From contig JBFJCP010000004.1 in NCBI GenBank assembly GCA_041615815.1, positions 1 to 64,000 of the forward strand: 64,000 nucleotides of DNA. The letters run 5' to 3'. Under the pieces are notes generated by a model. The model was not told the origin of the DNA. It worked only from the letters and a program-made list of their open reading frames with translations, and made no database searches. The stretch comes from Gemmatimonadales bacterium. GTDB taxonomy: Bacteria; Gemmatimonadota; Gemmatimonadetes; Gemmatimonadales; GWC2-71-9. The position numbers were made by a program, and so were the translations under genes. How positions within the stretch are numbered: the stretch's first letter is position 1; each line of letters opens with the position of its first letter. This document shows positions 63,993 to 64,000 of this stretch, piece by piece.

Positions 63993-64000
63993 ACTCCCCG

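Overview
GC-rich, gene-dense bacterial chromosomal region. The kinase/TolB-like/TPR proteins, stand-alone TonB plug protein and many exported peptidases suggest Gemmatimonadota (inference). I saw no rRNA, tRNA, CRISPR array, IS element or prophage. Main content: a cobalamin riboswitch controlling a btuF-btuC-btuD-TonB receptor-beta-propeller lipoprotein-DUF4260 operon; two 637-aa glutamate-cysteine ligase (GCS2)-CBS paralogs, one beside mscS and one coupled to an aspartoacylase-family hydrolase; three MscS channels and a K+ channel; two paralogous Ser/Thr kinases; ferredoxin, an orphan cytoplasmic BtuF-like protein, bacilliredoxin and GDPD; a two-component locus with a His-less pseudo-DHp/REC protein and a decayed ligand-binding gene; DUF4956 coupled to an Omp85 barrel carrying a CotH/HipA-like kinase domain; several peptidases; iorA/iorB-like molybdoenzyme genes; rmuC; a Cys-rich MarR with two operator palindromes; and gdhA. 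Degenerate 7- and 8-bp intergenic tandem repeats recur. The best candidates for an undescribed system are the DUF4956 + kinase-Omp85 pair and the GCS2-CBS/aspartoacylase/MscS module. All calls are from motif recognition by eye; no searches were run. Starts were refined manually where an SD motif or stop/start overlap supported it.
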